From Betaproteobacteria bacterium (GTDB lineage: Bacteria > Pseudomonadota > Gammaproteobacteria > Burkholderiales > Methylophilaceae): a stretch of 36,569 nt of DNA. The stretch spans positions 1 through 36,569 of the forward strand of contig CANNEG010000001.1 of the NCBI GenBank assembly GCA_947503455.1, written 5' to 3'. Numbering within the stretch: position 1 is the stretch's first letter; the number at the start of each line of letters is the position of its first letter. A program made the translations under genes and the position numbers. The notes below the pieces were generated by a model. The model did no database searches, was not told where the DNA came from, and was given only the letters and a program-made list of their open reading frames with translations. Of the stretch, positions 32,627 through 36,569 are shown piece after piece.

Positions 32627-33574
32627 ATGCTCATAAAAGAAGTCTGTATATTAGGTGGTTCAGGATTCGTCGGTAGTGCCATTGTGGCTAAATTGGCCGC
32701 GGCAGGATACAGTGTGAAGGTGTTAACGCGTCGCAGGGATAATGCCAAGCATCTGTTTTTACTACCTAAAGTACAAGTGATTGAATGCAATGTACTTGAT
32801 TACCAAGCGTTAAATAGCGCCTTAAGAGGCGCAGATGCGGTGATTAATCTGCTAGGCATTTTGCATCAAGGTCGTCGAGTGAACTTCAACGCCATACATC
32901 ATCAGTTGCCAGCTCAATTAGCCAAAATTTGTATAGACCTTAACATTAAACGCTTGATTCATATGAGTAGTTTGCGGGCAGGAAAAAATGCACCTAGCCA
33001 ATATTTACGCTCTAAAGGGGCGGGTGAGGCGGCACTTGTTTCACATCTAGGCGAATTGAATATCACCATCTTTAAGCCCTCCATCATTTTTGGTCGGGGC
33101 GATAGTTTTATCAACTTGTTCGCGAGCCTTGTTAAAGTATTGCCGGTAGTGATATTAGCTAAGCCTAATGCAAAATTTCAGCCGATTTGGGTAGAAGATG
33201 TGGCTAGTTGTTTTGTGGCATGTTTGGCTGACCGGGCAAGCTATGGCCAAACTTATGAATTGGCAGGGCCTAAAGTTTACACTTTCCGTCAGCTGGTGCA
33301 GGCAGTTATGAATACTTTACAGATTCAGCGCCCGATTATTGGTTTAAGCGATGGCCTGTCTTATGCACAAGCGTTTATGATGGAGATGCTGCCAATTAAA
33401 TTGATGTCACGTGACAACATTCGCTCGATGAAGGCCGACAGTGTGAGTGAACAAGCTTTCCCAGCGATATTTAATTTAACGCCAACGGCATTAGAAACAT
33501 TGATTCCACAATACTTGGTTGATCAAACACCACGTGGTGCTTATGATCGCTTTCGGCGTTCTGCCGCTAGGTAA
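32627..33574 (+). CDS. Atypical SDR, complex I NDUFA9-like NAD(P)-binding protein
   Basis: GGSGFVG Rossmann motif, YLRSK..GE, FQPIWVEDVA; slt-NDUFA9-cca order is common in Betaproteobacteria. Confidence 0.88.
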   Translation: MLIKEVCILGGSGFVGSAIVAKLAAAGYSVKVLTRRRDNAKHLFLLPKVQVIECNVLDYQALNSALRGADAVINLLGILHQGRRVNFNAIHHQLPAQLAKICIDLNIKRLIHMSSLRAGKNAPSQYLRSKGAGEAALVSHLGELNITIFKPSIIFGRGDSFINLFASLVKVLPVVILAKPNAKFQPIWVEDVASCFVACLADRASYGQTYELAGPKVYTFRQLVQAVMNTLQIQRPIIGLSDGLSYAQAFMMEMLPIKLMSRDNIRSMKADSVSEQAFPAIFNLTPTALETLIPQYLVDQTPRGAYDRFRRSAAR

Positions 33575-33588
33575 AAGGACAACGCGCC

Positions 33589-34806
33589 GTGCAAGTTTAT
33601 TTAGTGGGAGGCGCTGTTCGTGATGAGTTGCTAGGCATTGCCGTCAAAGATAAAGATTTTGTCGTGGTTGGTAGTACGCCAGATGAAATGATCGCAGCTG
33701 GGTTTAAGCCTGTTGGTAAAGACTTTCCGGTTTTTTTACATCCCAAAACGCACGATGAATATGCCCTTGCACGCACTGAGCGAAAAACCGCTAAAGGCTA
33801 TAAAGGGTTTGTCGTACACGCATCACCAGAAGTGACACTCGAAGAAGATTTAGCGCGCCGTGATTTAACTATTAATGCGATTGCAAAAGACAGTGCAGGC
33901 AAGTTCATAGACCCCTATAACGGCTTAGCTGACATTCAATCTAAAACCTTACGCCATGTCAGCGATGCTTTTGCTGAAGACCCTGTCAGAATTTTACGTG
34001 CAGCAAGACTTTCAGCAAGGTTTCAAGACTTTTCGCTCGCCCCAGAAACCAATCAGCTTATGCAGCAAATGGTAGCAGCAGGTGAGGTCGATGCGCTAGT
34101 AGCAGAGCGGGTATGGCAAGAATTGGCAAAAGGGTTGATGGAAGATAAGCCAAGTCGTATGTTTGATGTTTTAAGGGCTTGTTGCGCGTTAAAAAAAATA
34201 TTGCCGGAGTTAGATAAACTTTGGGGTGTTCCACAGTCGGCGGAATATCACCCAGAAATTGATACAGGCGTTCATGTCATGTTAGCCATTGATTATGCAG
34301 CGCGGCAAAATTATGCCTTAGCCGTGCGCTTTGCGACCCTCATGCATGATCTTGGTAAAGGTGTTACGCCTGCTGAATTGTTACCGCAACATATTGGCCA
34401 CGAAGCACGTGGTATTCATCTTGTGAAGGATGTATGTAAGCGCTTAAGAGTGCCTAATGACTGCAAAGAACTTGCGCAGATAGTGAGTAAATTCCATGGG
34501 AAGTTGCATCAAGTATTACAGATGAAACCAAGTACTTTGCTTAGCTTTATAGTTGAACTCGATGCAATACGACAACCTGAGCGGTTTAAGGATTTTCTGC
34601 GAGCCTGTGAGGCAGACTCAAGGGGCAGAACCGGCTTAGAAAATCACGCCACACCAGCTGCAGATTTAATGCAGAAAGTATTAGCCGCAGCGATGAATGT
34701 GGACGCCGGTGCGGTAGCGAGCGCCTATGATGCGCCGGAGAAAATTAAGGCTGCGGTATTTGAGGCAAGGTTAGACGCGGTTAAAAAAACGTTGTCGCTA
34801 TTATAG
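33589..34806 (+). CDS. cca: Multifunctional CCA-adding/repair enzyme
   Basis: YLVGGAVRD..D.D, RRDLTINA, EDPVRILR, HD domain (HPEIDT, HDLGK). GTG start after AAGGA. Confidence 0.97.
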   Translation: MQVYLVGGAVRDELLGIAVKDKDFVVVGSTPDEMIAAGFKPVGKDFPVFLHPKTHDEYALARTERKTAKGYKGFVVHASPEVTLEEDLARRDLTINAIAKDSAGKFIDPYNGLADIQSKTLRHVSDAFAEDPVRILRAARLSARFQDFSLAPETNQLMQQMVAAGEVDALVAERVWQELAKGLMEDKPSRMFDVLRACCALKKILPELDKLWGVPQSAEYHPEIDTGVHVMLAIDYAARQNYALAVRFATLMHDLGKGVTPAELLPQHIGHEARGIHLVKDVCKRLRVPNDCKELAQIVSKFHGKLHQVLQMKPSTLLSFIVELDAIRQPERFKDFLRACEADSRGRTGLENHATPAADLMQKVLAAAMNVDAGAVASAYDAPEKIKAAVFEARLDAVKKTLSLL

Positions 34807-35679
34807 GATAGGGTGTTCAGTTAATTTGACAGCTGTCTTTTGAAAGCCGTTAAGATTGACTTTCTTGCCCTGAAAAAATAACGCTAGCAACTCAAGATGT
34901 TCAGCAGAAACAATGAATGGCGCCATCCCATGAAATACATGACCAACTTTTGTCGACGCATTAAAATGCTGTAGCGTTCCTGAGGCATCGGAGACGCAAA
35001 TATTTTGAGGTATTGCACTGGTAAAGTAAACCTTATTCGCGGGCTTAATGGGCAATTCCACTTGCACCTCTAAAAGGTTGGAAAAATCGGCACAAGCTTT
35101 TTCTGTTAGGGTTACTGATGTTGCTTGCCTAACATCGTCGGCTATTGGATTTGTAGCGATATCTTTAGCTAATTGAAGCGTCCCTAGAGCGTGATTCGCC
35201 GCTATAGGCGCTTTTGGCAGCGCTGCTGTAGGAGGTATTTTCCCGTCTGTTGGCGGAATGAGGGAGGTTGGTTTAGCCGTCTCTTCTTGGCCAGCTAAAA
35301 AATTGGCAAACAGTAATACAGAAGTTGCCAATAGTGCATTAATCATTATGGGTCTAAATTTTCTCTCGATAGCAAACAGCTCCTGATGCATATAGCTCAT
35401 CACGGAAAGGTCCGGCGGCCGATTGATGTTGAGTAAAGATTCTGCCGGTGGTGTAGGCGCCTCTTCATCACCTGCTTCAGATGCTGGGATTGTGATTCCT
35501 AAAGCCAGTGCAACACGATTAAGGCATTGCTGCCTAATTTTAGCTGAGTAAAACAGGCTAGTGTCATCAGCCTCCAAGGCCTTGACTTGATTAGTGCTTA
35601 GGCAGGTTATCTGCGCTATATCGTAAGGGAGTAAATTAAGCGCCTCACGTTTTTCTTTAAGAATGCTACCTGTAATCAT
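34801..35679 (-). CDS. RodZ-like bitopic membrane protein (XRE-type HTH, single TM, Pro/Ala linker, DUF4115-like domain)
   Basis: N-terminal GSILKEKRE..L....IA...CLS..QVKALE, TM IMINALLATSVLLFANFLA after RKFR, C-terminal beta domain (ICVSDASG, GMAPFIV, FQGKKVNL); AGGAG SD. Confidence 0.72.
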   Translation of the reverse strand: MITGSILKEKREALNLLPYDIAQITCLSTNQVKALEADDTSLFYSAKIRQQCLNRVALALGITIPASEAGDEEAPTPPAESLLNINRPPDLSVMSYMHQELFAIERKFRPIMINALLATSVLLFANFLAGQEETAKPTSLIPPTDGKIPPTAALPKAPIAANHALGTLQLAKDIATNPIADDVRQATSVTLTEKACADFSNLLEVQVELPIKPANKVYFTSAIPQNICVSDASGTLQHFNASTKVGHVFHGMAPFIVSAEHLELLALFFQGKKVNLNGFQKTAVKLTEHPIL

Positions 35680-35880
35680 CGGTCAACTCCTATACGCCAA
35701 TAAGTCACTACGCGTATGCATATGAACTAGCTGACTTATAGGTGGGCTATTCCGAGTGCTAATGCCATTAATTATGACTAATCAAATCTAAAATAAGATA
35801 GACAGCTACTAAGCCCACTAAAATCATCAAGAAGTTAATGATCATGATATTGATGCACTATACATTTTTGCCGGCTCTAA

Positions 35881-36264
35881 TCAGCGACCGCCTACATGAG
35901 TCACTTGGCTATTGGGTTCTATCCCGAGCGCGAGTGCCACGCGTCCATAACATTGTTGTCTGGCGGCTTCCGAACTAAAAGGGCTTGTGTCGCCAGATTC
36001 TAAAGCCCTAATTTGTTGGGTAGTGAGGTAGCATAGCTCTGCCAAATCTAAGACCGTACAATTTTTCTCCATACGTTTTTGGGTAATTTGATCTGCGGGG
36101 ATGATGAGTATTGTCGCTACGTCATCGCTTAATTGTTGCGGCTTGGCGTTGCTTAGATATTTAAGCCACTGCGTCATTAAGTTAAGGCTTAGTAAGCCAG
36201 TAGCGTTTTCTGGCGCGCTCGTCACGTGTGTCCGTGGCATAAATGGCATATTCACAACTATCAC
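35881..36264 (-). CDS. Small protein with a stand-alone RodZ-type HTH domain
   Basis: Residues 60-115 align without gaps to the HTH of the neighbouring gene (28/56 identical), which supports coding status. Start uncertain (GTG 36264, GTG 36255 or ATG 36249). Confidence 0.75.
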   Translation of the reverse strand: MIVVNMPFMPRTHVTSAPENATGLLSLNLMTQWLKYLSNAKPQQLSDDVATILIIPADQITQKRMEKNCTVLDLAELCYLTTQQIRALESGDTSPFSSEAARQQCYGRVALALGIEPNSQVTHVGGR

Positions 36265-36387
36265 CTTTAGCTAAAGCATCAAGGTCCTTACATTAAAACA
36301 TTTTTAATATGAATGATATTATCTAGTTGTATAGTAAAAATTAACTTAATTGCCATACAGACCAATCACTTAAAATGATTGGCGACT

Positions 36388-36404
36388 ATCCTTACTGTAA
36401 GGAT
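36388..36404. promoter_or_regulatory. Perfect palindrome, candidate operator
   Basis: ATCCTTAC-T-GTAAGGAT near the centre of a divergent intergenic region. Confidence 0.55.
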
Positions 36405-36506
36405 GCTTATACAAAAGTATAGTATTAAAAATGGGTGATAAAGCATAAAGTACTAGGATAAGTATTGACCCATGTGATGTTGCCTGGGTATAAAATTGGA
36501 CCCCAT

Positions 36507-36569
36507 ATGATTTTTAGTGAGCCGCTACATGTCGTTGACGACGACGATTCTATGCGTGATGCTATCAGT
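36507..36569 (+). CDS. Response regulator receiver domain N-terminus, FixJ-like (3' truncated by window edge)
   Basis: Translates MIFSEPLHVVDDDDSMRDAIS, matching the VVDDD..R start of FixJ/TtrR-type receivers. Not in the ORF track because it is partial. Confidence 0.75.
   Translation, partial: MIFSEPLHVVDDDDSMRDAIS

Noticed and set aside
168-32790. Numerous 60-127 aa ORFs antisense or out of frame within core genes
   Set aside because: Shadow ORFs of well-conserved genes, with no recognisable motifs.
34801-36569. Right-hand module as a prophage or mobile element
   Set aside because: No integrase, transposase, att-like repeat or tRNA is visible, and there is no obvious compositional break by eye.

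Overview
Mostly core chromosome of a betaproteobacterium; gene content and order suggest Methylophilaceae (Methylotenera-like), which is an inference. From left to right: the 3' end of an NAD-dependent formate dehydrogenase operon (fdsA-fdhD-fdsD); a minus-strand trxA-rho-rpmE(type B)-ArnT-like glycosyltransferase block; tlpA, DUF3579, dolP/BON and yraN; then rsmI, pyrC and the RNase P RNA gene (rnpB). The complete dcw cluster follows (mraZ to ftsZ-lpxC, with murB inside it) and runs straight into slt, an NDUFA9-like SDR and cca. No mobile element, CRISPR array, tRNA or rRNA was seen. The least ordinary part is the right-hand end: a RodZ-like membrane protein outside the usual rodZ locus, and a stand-alone paralogue of its HTH domain (28/56 identical, ungapped). 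A structured leader lies between these two genes, and they are divergent from a FixJ-type response regulator across a perfect 17-bp palindrome. Several candidate cis-acting RNA structures are also visible (ftsA-ftsZ spacer, rpmE leader, rho leader, rnpB flanks). All calls come from reading the sequence by eye; no searches or folding programs were run.
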